NCBI GenBank assembly: GCA_052327205.1 | Contig: CM126233.1 | Location: forward strand, 9,362,001 to 9,426,000 | Source of the DNA: Somniosus microcephalus | Lineage: Eukaryota | Direction of reading: 5' to 3' | Length of the DNA: 64,000 nt | Notes under the pieces: generated by a model | The model's input: the letters and a program-made list of their open reading frames with translations, nothing else | The model's database searches: none | What the model was told of the DNA's origin: nothing | Shown here: positions 34,801 to 44,800 of the stretch, piece after piece | Position numbering within the stretch: position 1 is the stretch's first letter | How the letters are laid out: each line of letters starts with the position of its first letter | Position numbers and translations under genes: made by a program

Positions 34801-35618
34801 TCCCCTGCCCAGACATGACCAGCGCCACGGTCATTAAATGCCTCAACAGCCTGTTCTGCCTGTTCGGTATGCCGAGCTACATCCATACGGATAGGGGGGC
34901 GTCCTTCATGAGTGAAGAGCTACGCCAGTACATGCTGTCCAAGGGGATCGCCACGAGCCGTACCACCAGCTACAACCCCTGGGGTAACGGCCAAGTGGAG
35001 CGAGAGAACGGGACAGTATGGAAAGCAGTCACTCTAGCTCTAAGGACCAAGGGCCTCCCTATCTCCCGCTGGCAGGAAGTCCTCTCAGATGTGCTCCATT
35101 CGATACGGTCGCTATTGTGTACGGCCACTAATACCACGCCTCATGAACGAATGTTTGTCTTTCCCCGGAAATCCACCTCAGGCGTATCCATGCCGTCATG
35201 GCTCTCCACCCCAGGTCCGGTACTCGTGCGAAGGCATGTGAGGGGCCACAAGACGGACCCTCTCGTGGAGCCAGTACACCTACTCCACGCCAACCCCCAA
35301 TACGCATATGTCCGGCACGCCGACGGAAGGGAGGACACCGTGTCCATAAAAGACGTCGCCCCAGCCGGCATCGACAACAACCATGGCAATAGCGGCAACG
35401 ACGACCACAGCAACTCTTACCCACCCACTACTCTTTCATCACCCCCGGAAGAACACCGACCAACGGCACCCCCACCAACTACCCCTCCAACAACCCTGGC
35501 GGCACCCCCGGCAGAGACCCAGGAGGCTACCGGGGACACCCAGCCGACACCCGCGGCACCGCAACAGCCACGTCGGTCGCAGAGGACTATCAAACCCCCG
35601 AACAGACTAAATCTATAG
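31845..35618 (+). CDS. Single gag-pol polyprotein, 1257 aa from the first ATG (Gag CCHC x2, aspartic protease, RT, RNase H, integrase; no env, no chromodomain)
   Basis: CYFCGQPKHTRNLC, CFKCGKKGHFGKMC, LIDSGS, IDLKSAYHQ, PFG, YLDN, SDASD, EKEA, TDQ, HNDLCH..CRTC, LDFKGP, TDRG, QVERENG. Confidence 0.95.
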   Translation: MDQLLKPERLDLDQHAPDTSARFGHWFECMEFFLDNSAAVKDATDAARMRLGILRNWVSHRVYPLIQDAETYLAACDILKAHYQQPTNEVYARHLLATRAQRPGESVEEFRSTLKILGKDCKCRDVKAAVYTDELVRDAFITGLSSTYIRQRLLEKTGLDLKQAADTARSLDVAQRNSDAYSSARAVHAATCAPRAPPSWKASSPPDSPTPAGPRSPPRSPTTAATRQGPNCYFCGQPKHTRNLCPAKGTTCFKCGKKGHFGKMCRGNPAGKPTAGKPATAACAPWERPSWTPSCPTSWGPPSCEQTAWTPSCIDQGPTVASVTVDQTRPHPLSRSMVDIEVNGCRVKCLIDSGSTESFIHPELAQQLSLKVVPTQGTISMADKTQTSTILGYCTVQLCVNGTVYDNFKVLIMKNLCASVILGLDFQCNHQSITLKYGGSQPPLTVCGLATLKVKPPSLFANLTPNCRPIATKSRRYSWEDRRFIATEVDRLLKERIIERSNSPWRAQVVVVRGSEKKRMVIDYSQTINRYTLLDAYPLPRISEMVNQIAQYRVFSTIDLKSAYHQLPIRPEDRPYTAFEANGRLYQFLRVPFGVTNGVSVFQREMDRMVDDHHLQATFPYLDNVTICGHNQQDHDSNLERFLKTAQKLNLTYNEDKCVYNTTRLCILGSVVENGEIGPDPDRLHPLRELPLPNTPKALKRCLGLFSSYSQWVPNYSDKARPLLKASSFPLSAEAHAAFKSIKQDIERATLQAVDENTPFQVESDASDFALAATLNQAGRPVAFFSRTLQGPEIRHSSVEKEAQAIVEAVRHWRHYLAGKRFTLLTDQRSVAFMFNNKQRGKIKNDKILRWRIELSTFEYDIIYWPGALNESPDALSRGMCAIATGDRLQTLHNDLCHPGVTRLFHFIKSRNLPYSIEEVRSLTRNCRTCAECKPRFYRPDRAHLIKATRPFERLSLDFKGPLPSVDRNVYFLNIVDEYSRFPFAFPCPDMTSATVIKCLNSLFCLFGMPSYIHTDRGASFMSEELRQYMLSKGIATSRTTSYNPWGNGQVERENGTVWKAVTLALRTKGLPISRWQEVLSDVLHSIRSLLCTATNTTPHERMFVFPRKSTSGVSMPSWLSTPGPVLVRRHVRGHKTDPLVEPVHLLHANPQYAYVRHADGREDTVSIKDVAPAGIDNNHGNSGNDDHSNSYPPTTLSSPPEEHRPTAPPPTTPPTTLAAPPAETQEATGDTQPTPAAPQQPRRSQRTIKPPNRLNL

Positions 35619-35628
35619 AAGGGGTGAA

Positions 35629-35927
35629 TGTGATGAAATATTCCATTCACCACTGCCTGTGACTGAGATCGGTTTCAGTGTCATTTCCCTTCCCCCAGAC
35701 CTCATTGTACTGTGTACTGGAATGTGCTGTATTGTATACTGGAATGTGCTGGAATGTGCTGTGTGTAGGGCTCCGCCCATACCTGGCCCCGTTTGTAAGC
35801 TAGCTTCAGTCTGGCCTCAGTCTCCAGAAGGAAGACATCTCTCTCTCTTACGTGTTACTTTCTAAGTTAATAAAAGCCTTGTTTTTGTTCTGCTAACTTC
35901 GAGTCTCGGAATTATTGAGGCACATCA
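35629..35927 (+). repeat. 3' LTR of Gypsy C
   Basis: Direct repeat preceded by the PPT. Confidence 0.97.
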
Positions 35928-36564
35928 GCGCTAATGGTTAGCATCACCGTTAACCTCCCGCTGAATTTCGCGGGAGGCGTTAGCGGCGTCGCGCCCAGGC
36001 GCTAGTTGCTTTGTGCCCCGTTAGTGCGGGCACTAACGGGAGGTGCAAATTAACCGAATTTAGCCCCCCTAGTGTTTAAATCCTTTCCTTACACTTGCCC
36101 TTCCCAATCTTAGTAACCTACTCCACCCATACAACCCACTTCAAATTCTCAGTTCTCTCTCTCCGTTAACCTCACCATTGGCGGGTGTGCCTTCAGCTAC
36201 CTAGACCCCAAGGTCTGGAATTCCCTCCCAAATTCCCTCCCTATCTCCAGCTCCCTCTCCTTCCCTCAAGCTCCTGCTTAAAACCCACCTCTTTGGCCCA
36301 GCTTTTGTTCACCCCTCATATCATTTCCTGCTCTGGCTTGGCATCCATTTTCTTCATTTGCTCCTCTGTGAGGCTTCTTGCAATGTCTTTCTACATTAAA
36401 AAAATGATATAAATGCCAGTTTGTGGTGGTGGTCGTGTAGTGGATGTTGTTGTAGGTGTTGGTGGTGTTGCTGCTCCTCGGAGATTCCTGTGGATCCCCA
36501 ATATTCGGAATGATTACTTGCATCTCTTCTTCAAATCGCCTGCATTCTTGGTCCTCCTAAACCT

Positions 36565-36790
36565 TGTCCTGGCCAATATTTATCCCTCAATCAACATAAC
36601 AAAAACAGATTATCTGGTCATTAGTATATTGCTGTTTGTGGGAGCTTGCTGTGTGCAAATTGGCTGCTGTGTTTCCCACATTACAACAGTGACTCCACTC
36701 CAAAAGTACTTCATTGGCTGTGAAGCGCTTTGAGACGTCCGATGGTCGTGAAAGGCGCTATAGAAATGCAAGTCTTTCCTTTTCTTTTGC
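36565..36790 (+). mobile_element. Deu-SINE 3' half
   Basis: tcctggccaatatttatccctcaa ... tagaaatgcaagtcttt. Confidence 0.85.
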
Positions 36791-37221
36791 ATTGCCGTTC
36801 GTTCCAGCGAGTCTGAACTTTAAGTTGCTAAATCCCTTTGTTCCTATTGGAATATGTTTCTAGTCTGTTCCTTATCCCTCTCATAAGTAAGCATTTCACT
36901 GCTGATCTGCTGTTTTATCTGTCAATTTTCTGTCCAATTAATCTGGATTTGGCCCTTTTCCAACCCTCTCGAATTAATTCTTTTCCAGTCCAACTCCTTT
37001 GTTTTTGACTGTTTCATTTTTATCTATTCTGACTATAAATGAACCTTTCTGGTGTCAGCTTCCTGGTATCAGCTTGGCTGAGTTAGTAGACATATGCCTC
37101 TGATTCCGAAGGTTTATGGGTTTGTGCCCCTTCCAGGGCTTGAGCCATAATCTCGGGTAAGTTCTGTAATGTCGGGCCTGCTCTGTTTTGAGAGTTTTGC
37201 ATTAGTAACGACTCCATAAAA

Positions 37222-37660
37222 GAAAATAGAGCTTGCGTTTCTATCGCGCCTTTCACAACCTCAGGACGTCCCAAAAGGCTTCACACCCAATAAAGTACAT
37301 TTGAAGTGTAGTCACTGTTGTAATATAGGAAACACAGCAGCCAATTTGTGCACAGCAAGCTCCCACAAACAGCAATGTGATAATGACCAGATCATCTGTT
37401 TTAGCAATGTTGGTTGAAGGATTAATATTGACCAGAACTCCCCTTTGAAATAGTGCTGTGGGATCTTTTACATCTACGCGAGAGAGCAGACGGGGCCTCA
37501 GTTTAACATCTCATCCAAAAGACGGCACCTCTGACAGTGCAGCACTCCCTCAGTATTGCACTGGAGTGTCAGCCTAGGTTATGTGTTCAAGTCTCTGGAG
37601 TGGGACTTGAACCCACAACCTGCTGACTCAGAGGCGAGGGTGGGACCAACTGAGCTACGA
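37222..37660 (-). mobile_element. Deu-domain SINE, full length
   Basis: Head ggacttgaacccacaacc..ctgagcta (reverse-complement B/A boxes), core and tail all present. Confidence 0.9.
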
Positions 37661-38022
37661 CTCCTGTAGGTTAACCTTTGCTCGCTATGCCCCAGAGTGA
37701 TTTCATTTACCCAGCTGTCTAGGTAGATTTGTAGTGTGCCCAGGGAAGGAACTGAGAAACCTCTTCACTTTGTTTTGGCTCGCTGGTTTTGCCATGTGCC
37801 CTCACATGATCTTCCTTCGATTTGGAAGGCAGCAAAATAACATTACACCAGGCAATGACTCGGACTTTAACTGTTAAACACATTAAACGTAATAAATGGT
37901 AAAAGAATAAATGAATAGTAGTAATGATACTACGTAACTTTGACAGTAATTATTAAACTTAACTATTTCCTTAATTAGATAAAAAATAACACCATGACCA
38001 CTCTGCAGAATGTGATTGCTCA

Positions 38023-39046
38023 TCTGTTATTCCTATTTCTCATCTACATGTTGCCCCTTGGTGACATCATCCGAAAGCATAGCGTCAGTTTCCACATGTA
38101 TGCTGACGACACCCAGCTCTACCTCATCACCACCTCTCTCGACCCCTCCAAGGTCTCTAAATTGTCAGACTGCTTGTCCGACATCCAGTACTGGATGAGC
38201 AGAAATTTTCTCCAATTAAATATTGAGATGACCGAAGCCATTGTCTTTGGTCTCCGCCACACACTCCGTTCCCTAGCCACCGACTCCATCCCTCTCCCTA
38301 ACATCTGTCTGAGGCTGAACCACACTGTTCGCAACCTTGGTGTCATATTTGACCCTGACATGAGCTTCCGACCACATATCTGCACCATCACTAAGACTGC
38401 CTAATTCCACCTCCGTAACATCGTCCGTCTCCACCCTTGCCTCAGCTCATCTGCTGCTGAAACCCTCATCCATACCTTTGTTACCTCTAGACTTGACTAT
38501 TCCAACGCACTCCTGGCTGGCCTCCCACATTCCACCCTTCGTAAACTTGAGGTCATCCAAAACTCGGCTGCCCGTGTCCTAACTCGCACCAAGTCCCGTT
38601 CACCCATCACCCCTGTGCTCGCTGACCTACATTGGCTCCCGGTTAAGCAACGCCTCGATTTCAAAATTCTCATCCTCGTTTTCAAATCCCTCCATGGCCT
38701 CACCCCTCCCCATCTCTATAATTTCCTTCAGCCCCACAACCCTCCGAGATATCTGCGCTCCTCCAATTCTGGCCTCTTGCGCTTCCCCGATTTTAATCGC
38801 TCCACCATTGGTGGCTATGCCTGGAGCTCTGGAATTCCCTCCCTAAACTTCTCCACCTCTCTACTTCTCTCTCCTCTTTTAAGACGCTACTTAAAACCTA
38901 CCTCTTTGACCAAGTTTTTGGTCATCTGCCCTAATATCTCCTTATATGGCTCGCTGTCAAATTTTCTTTGATAATCGCTCCTGTGAAGCACCTTGGGACA
39001 GTTTACTATGTTAAAGAGGCTCTATAAAGGCAAGTTGTTGTTGTTG
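38023..39046 (+). mobile_element. 5'-truncated L2 LINE
   Basis: IYMLPLGDII, FHMYADDTQLY, RNLGVIFD, LHWLPVKQRLDFKIL; tail gcaagttgttgttgttg. Confidence 0.93.
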
Positions 39047-39609
39047 ATTGCATGGTGTCTCTTTGCCATTTCTCACCCTCTCTGAAGGAACCTGATGGAT
39101 TTCACCGGCTGAGAAATACTTTCCAGAAAGCAGATTTAAATTACTATCTGCTAAACTCATAAAGGAAATCCCAGTTAAACATCATTCCACCCAATCGCAA
39201 GATGTTTGTATTTGAATTGAATGGCTTGCCTCCTCTCCACCCCCACCCCCCACCTTGAATACCTGGCTAGGATAAAACATCCAATTGTTGCAACTATTGA
39301 ATCAAATATAAACTAGGACATGTTTCCTAAGAGTGAAGCTGTTTTGAATTCCTTATGTACCATGACAGAATCAAAGAAGCTAACAATGTGTAAAATATTT
39401 TTTCCATTCCTGGTGTAGGTCTCGGCACCTTGTTGCAGCAGCTGGCCAAGCTCAGTTACTACCTCCGAGCCAAGATGGTGTCTTCTGAGGGTTCCATGAA
39501 ACTGTTTTGGTGCAGAGCTCATGGGATAGCTGTGGGCCCTTTAGAAGCTCTTTCATACTTGTGCTTCATCTAGTCATCCATGCACCACTCGCCCTCCTTC
39601 ACGCTTGGA

Positions 39610-40938
39610 CAAAAGGCATTTGACAAGGTGCCACACAAAAGATTATTGCTTAAGATAAAAAATCACGGGATTGGGGGTAATATTCTGGCATGGATAGAGG
39701 ATTGGCTATCTAACAGAAGGCAGAGAGTTGGGATAAATGGTTCATTCTCAGACTGGCAATCAGTAACAAGTGGTGTTCCGCAGGGGTCAGTGCTGGGTCC
39801 CCAACTCTTTACAATCTATATTAACGATTTGGAGGAGGGGACCGAGTGTAACATATCAAAGTTTGCAGATGATACTAAGATGGGAGGGAAAGTAGTGAGT
39901 GAGGAGGACATAAAAAACCTGCAAGGGGACATAGACAGGCTAAGTAAGTGGGCAGAGATTTGGCAGATGGAATACAATACTGGAAAGTGTGAGGTTATGC
40001 ACTTTGGCAGGAAAAATCGTAGAGCAAGTTATTATCTTAAGGGCAAGAAACTGGAAAGTACTGAAGTACAAAGGGATCTGGGGGTCCTGGTGCACGAAAC
40101 TCAAAAGGTTAGTATGCAGGTGCAGCAAGTGATTAAGAAGGCCAATGGAATGTTGGCTTTCATTGCTAGGGGGATAGAATATAAAAATAGGGAGGTATTG
40201 CTTCAGTTGTACAAGGTATTGGTGAGACCGCACCTGGAATACTGCGTACAGTTTTGGTGTCCATACTTAAGAAAAGACATACTTGCTCTCGAGTCAGTAC
40301 AAAGAAGGTTCACTCGGTTAATCCCGGGGATGAGGGGATGGACATACGAGGAGAGGTTGAGTAGATTGGGTATCTACTCATTGGAGTTCAGAAGAATGAG
40401 AGGCAGTCTTATTGAAACATATAAGATTGTGAAGGGGTTGGATCGGGTGGATGCAGGGAGGATGTTCCCGATGATGGGTGAAACTAGAACTAGGGGGCAT
40501 AGTCTTAGAATAAGGGGCCGCTCTTTCAAAACTGAGATGAGGAGGAACTACTTCACTCAGAGGGTGGTAGGTCCATGGAATATGCTGCCCCAAAAAGCTG
40601 TCGAAGCTACATCATTACATAAATTTAAAACAGAAATAGACAGTTTCCTAGAAGTAAAGGGAATTAAGGGTTACGGGGAGCGGGCAGGAATTTGGACATG
40701 AGTCTAGGTTCGGATCGGTCATGGCCCTGTGGGTAGCGGAGTGGGCCCAGGGGCCGTGTAGCCTGATCCTGCTCCTATTTCGTGTGTCTAATTCTGTTAG
40801 ATTCAGGAGATGGTTCTGTGATAGTAGGTTGGCGGTTAGGATCAGATCAGCCATGATCTTATTGAATGGCGGAGCAGGCTCGAGGGGCCGATTGGCCTAC
40901 TCCTGCTCCTATTTCTTATGTTCTTATTTATGTTCTTA
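39610..40938 (+). mobile_element. Young 5'-truncated CR1 LINE with open ORF2 C-terminus (39610-40701)
   Basis: QKAFDKVPHKRL, GVPQGSVLGP, KFADDTK with no stops; long 3' UTR; (ttcttatg)n tail. Confidence 0.95.
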
Positions 40939-40969
40939 AGGAGCAGGTTTTATATGGAGCCAACAGAAC

Positions 40970-41335
40970 AGCACATAATCCCGGCTGACACTCCCAGTGC
41001 AGTGCTGAGGGAGTGCTGCACTGTCAGAGGTGCCGTATTTCAGCTGAGACGTTAAAGCGAGGCCCCTCCTGCCTTCTCAGGTGGACATAAAAGATCCCAC
41101 GGCACTATTTTGAAGAAGAGCAGGGGAATTTTTCCCAGTGTTCTGACCAATGTTACTTACTCAACCAACATTACTTAAAACATTATCTCATTGCTGTTTG
41201 TGGGATCCTGCTGTGCGCACATGACCTGCTATATTAATACAGTGACTACATTTCAAAAAGTCCTTCATTGGCTGTAAAGCACTTTGGGATGTCCTGAGGT
41301 CATGAAAGGCGCTATATAAATGCAAGTTCTTTTTC
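40970..41335 (+). mobile_element. Deu-domain SINE (head truncated)
   Basis: Core matches the other copies. Confidence 0.85.
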
Positions 41336-41861
41336 ATGAAATGCACTTACTGCCTTTACGTGACTAAAACTGGCACCTTAATCCCACACTTTCGTAGATC
41401 TACAATGCCAGTGGGTTGAGAGCCTGGCTTGTTTACACCATGGAGTGCAGTGGACAGAGGGCTGCACTCATGTAGTGGAAAGGTGCCTTAGGTCTGTCTC
41501 CTCCTGCTCCTGTGCTCTCCTCTCTTGCTCCTCCTATTCCCCCTCCTCCAATATGTTGATGATCGGATTCAGCAACGAGCAACAGGCAAGCAGCTGATCC
41601 TGATTCCTGGCGGCTCTCCTGTGACGCTAACAGCTTTGCCGGCTCCCTGTGCTGCTCTTATTCTGATTCTGAATGGGTTTTGCATTCATACAAAATGTGG
41701 CCATTGCCAGGCTGAGGAACTTTGCTCCAGTTGGTTTTGAGTTAACAAGCAACGAGCAGGTTGTGCATGACGACTGACGGCTGCGCCTCAGGCAGGAGAG
41801 CGATGTGGTGTGATGTGCGAATGTGAGGCCTAAGGTGGAGTTTGGCAACTGATCGATAAAT

Positions 41862-44800
41862 GACCTATCGTCCAGTGAGAGGCCCTATAGACTGGCGAGA
41901 GGCCCTATAGACTGGCGAGAGGCCCTATAGACTGGCAAGAGACCCTATAGACTGGCGAGAGAGCCTATAGACTGGCGAGAGGCCCTATAGACTGGCGAGA
42001 GGCCCTATAGACTGGCGAGAGGCCCTATAGACTGGTGAGAGGCCCTATAGACTGGCGAGAGGCCCTATAGACTGGCGAGAGACCCTATAGACTGGCGAGA
42101 GGCCCTATAGACTGGCGAGAGGCCCTATAGACTGGCGAGAGGCCCTATAGACTGGCGAGAGGCCCTATAGTCAGGCGAGAGGCCCTATAGACTGGCGAGA
42201 GATCCTATAGACTGGCGAGAGACCCTATAGACTGGCGAGAGGCCCTATAGTCAGGCGAGAGGGCCTATAGACTGGCGAGAGGCCCTATAGACTGGCAAGA
42301 GACCCTATAGACTGGCCAGAGGCCCTATAGTCTGGCGAGAGGCCCTATAGACTGGCGAGAGGCCCTATAGGCTGGCGAGAGGCCCTATAGACTGGCGAGA
42401 GGCCCTATAGTCAGGCGAGAGGCCCTATAGACTGGCAAGAGGCCCTATAGTCAGGCGAGAGGCCCGATACACTGGTGAGAGGCCCTATAGTCTGGCGAGA
42501 GGCCCTATAGTCTGGCGAGAGGCCCTATAGACTGGCAAGAGGCCCTATAGACTGGCGAGAGGCCCTATAGTCTGGCAAGAGGCCCTATAGACTGACGAGA
42601 GGCCCCATAGTCTGGCGAGAGGCCCTATAGACTGGCGAGAGGCCCTATAGTCCAGAGAGGCCCTATAGACTGGCGAGAGGCCCTATAGTCCAGAGAGGCC
42701 CTATAGACTGGCAAGCGGCCCTATAGTCTGGCGAGAGGCCCTATAGACTGGTGAGAGGCCCTATAGTCCAGAGAGGTCCTATAGACTGGCGAGAGGCCCT
42801 ATAGACTGGTGAGAGGCCCTATAGACTGGCGAGAGGCCCTATAGTCTGGCGAGAGGCCCTATAGACTGGTGAGAGGCCCTATAGTTTGACGAGAGGCCCT
42901 ATAGCCTGGCGAGAGGCCCTATAGACTGACGAGAGGCCCTATAGACGGACGAGAGGCCCTATAGTCTGGCGAGAGGCCCTATAGACTGGCGAGAGGCCCT
43001 ATAGACTGGCGAGAGGCCCTATAGGCTGGCGAGAGGCCCTATAGACTGGCGAGAGGCCCTATTGTCTGGCGACAGGCCCTATAGACTGGCGAGAGGCCCT
43101 ATAGTCTGGCGAGAGGCCCTATAGTCTGGCGAGAGGCCCTATAGACTGGCGAGAGGCCCTATAGTCTGGCGAGAGGCCCTATAGACTGGCGAGAGGCCCT
43201 ATAGACCGGCAAGAGGCCCTATGGTCTGGCGAGAGACCCTGTAGACTGGCGAGAGACCCCATAGACTGGCGAGAGGCCCTATAGTCCGGCGAGAGGCCCT
43301 ATAGACTGGCAAGAGGCCCTATAGTCTGACGAGAAAACCTATAGTCTAGCGAGAGGCCCTATAGACTGGCGAGAGGCCCTATAGACTGGCGTTAGACCCT
43401 ATAGACCGGCGAGAGGCCCTATAGACCGACGAGAGGCCCTGTAGACTGGCGAGAGGCCCTATAGACTGGCGAGAGGCCCTATAGTCTGGCGAGAGGCCCT
43501 ATAGTCTAGCGAGAGGCCCTACAGACTAATGAGATGCCCTTTAGACTGGTGAGAGGCCCTATAGATTGGCGAGAGGCCATATAATCTGGCGAGAGGCCCT
43601 ATAGACTGGCAAGAGGCCCTATAGACTGGCGAGAGGCCCTATAGACTGGAGAGAGGCCCTATAGACTGGTGAGAGGTCCTATAGATTGGCGAGAGGCCCT
43701 ATAGTCTGGCGAGAGGCCCTATAGACTGCCAAGAGGCCCTGTAGACTGGCGAGAGGCCCTGTAGACTGGCGAGAGGCCCTATAGTCTGACGAGAGGCCCT
43801 ATAGTCTAGCGAGAGGCCCTAGTCTGGCAAGAGGCCCTATAGTCTGGCGAGAGGCCCTATAGACTGGTGAGAGGCCCTATAGACTGGCGAGAGGCCCTAT
43901 AGACTGTCAAGCGGCCCTATAGACTGGCGAGAGGCCCTAGTCTGGCAAGAGGCCCTATAGTCTGGCGAGAGGCCCTATAGACTGGCGAGAGGCCCTATAG
44001 ACTGGCAAGCGGCCCTATAGCCTGGCGAGAGGCCCTAGTCTGGCAAGAGGCCCAATAGACTGGCGAGAGGCCCTATAGTCTGGCGAGAGGCCCTATAGTC
44101 TGGCGAGAGGCCCTATAGACTGGCAAGTGGCCCTATAGTCTGGCGAGAGGCCCTATAGTCTGACAAGAGACCCTATAGACTGGCGAGAGACCCTATAGAC
44201 TGGCGAGAGGCCCTATAGTCCAGCGAGAGGCCCTATAGTCTGGCGAGAGGCCCTATAGACTGGCAAGAGGCCCTATAGTCTAACGAGAGGCCCTATAGAC
44301 TGGCGAGGGGCCCTATAGACTGGCGAGAGGCCCTATAGTCTGGTGAGAGGCCCTATAGACTGGCGAGAGGCCCTATAGTCTGGCGAGAGGCCCTATAGAC
44401 TGGCGAGAGGCCCTGTAGACTGGCGAGAGGCCCTATAGTCTGACGAGAGGCCCTATAGACTGGCGAGAGGCCCTATAGACTGGCGAGAGGCCCTATAGTC
44501 AGGCGACAGGCCCTATAGACTGGCGAGAGGCCCTATTGTCAGGCGAGAGGCCCTATAGACTGGCGAGAGGCCCTATAGACTGGCGAGAGGCCCTATAGTC
44601 AGGCGAGAGGCCCTATAGACTGGCAAGAGGCCCTATAGTCAGGTGAGAGGCCCTATACACTGGCGAGAGGCCCTATAGACTGGCGAGAGGCCCTATAGAC
44701 TGGCGAGAGGCCGTATAGACTGGCGAGAGGCCCTATAGACTGGCGAGAGACCCTATAGACTGGCGAGAGGCCCCATAGTCCAGAGAGGCCCTATAGTCTG

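Larger units (their letters stand above)
31520..35927 (+). mobile_element. Intact young Ty3/Gypsy LTR retrotransposon (element C), 4408 bp
   Basis: 299-bp LTRs at 31520-31818 and 35629-35927 differing at one position (31601 T vs 35710 C); TSD GCGCT; PPT agaaggggtgaa; no tRNA PBS. Confidence 0.98.
30990..36069 (+). mobile_element. GC-rich PIF/Harbinger-like MITE (~670 bp) interrupted by Gypsy C
   Basis: Imperfect TIRs GGATAAAAATTGGG / CCGAATTTAGCCCCCC; CTAG on both sides (3-bp TAG or CTA TSD); splits an L2 fragment; homologous to 56385-56873 and to the ends of 58610-59504. Confidence 0.75.
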
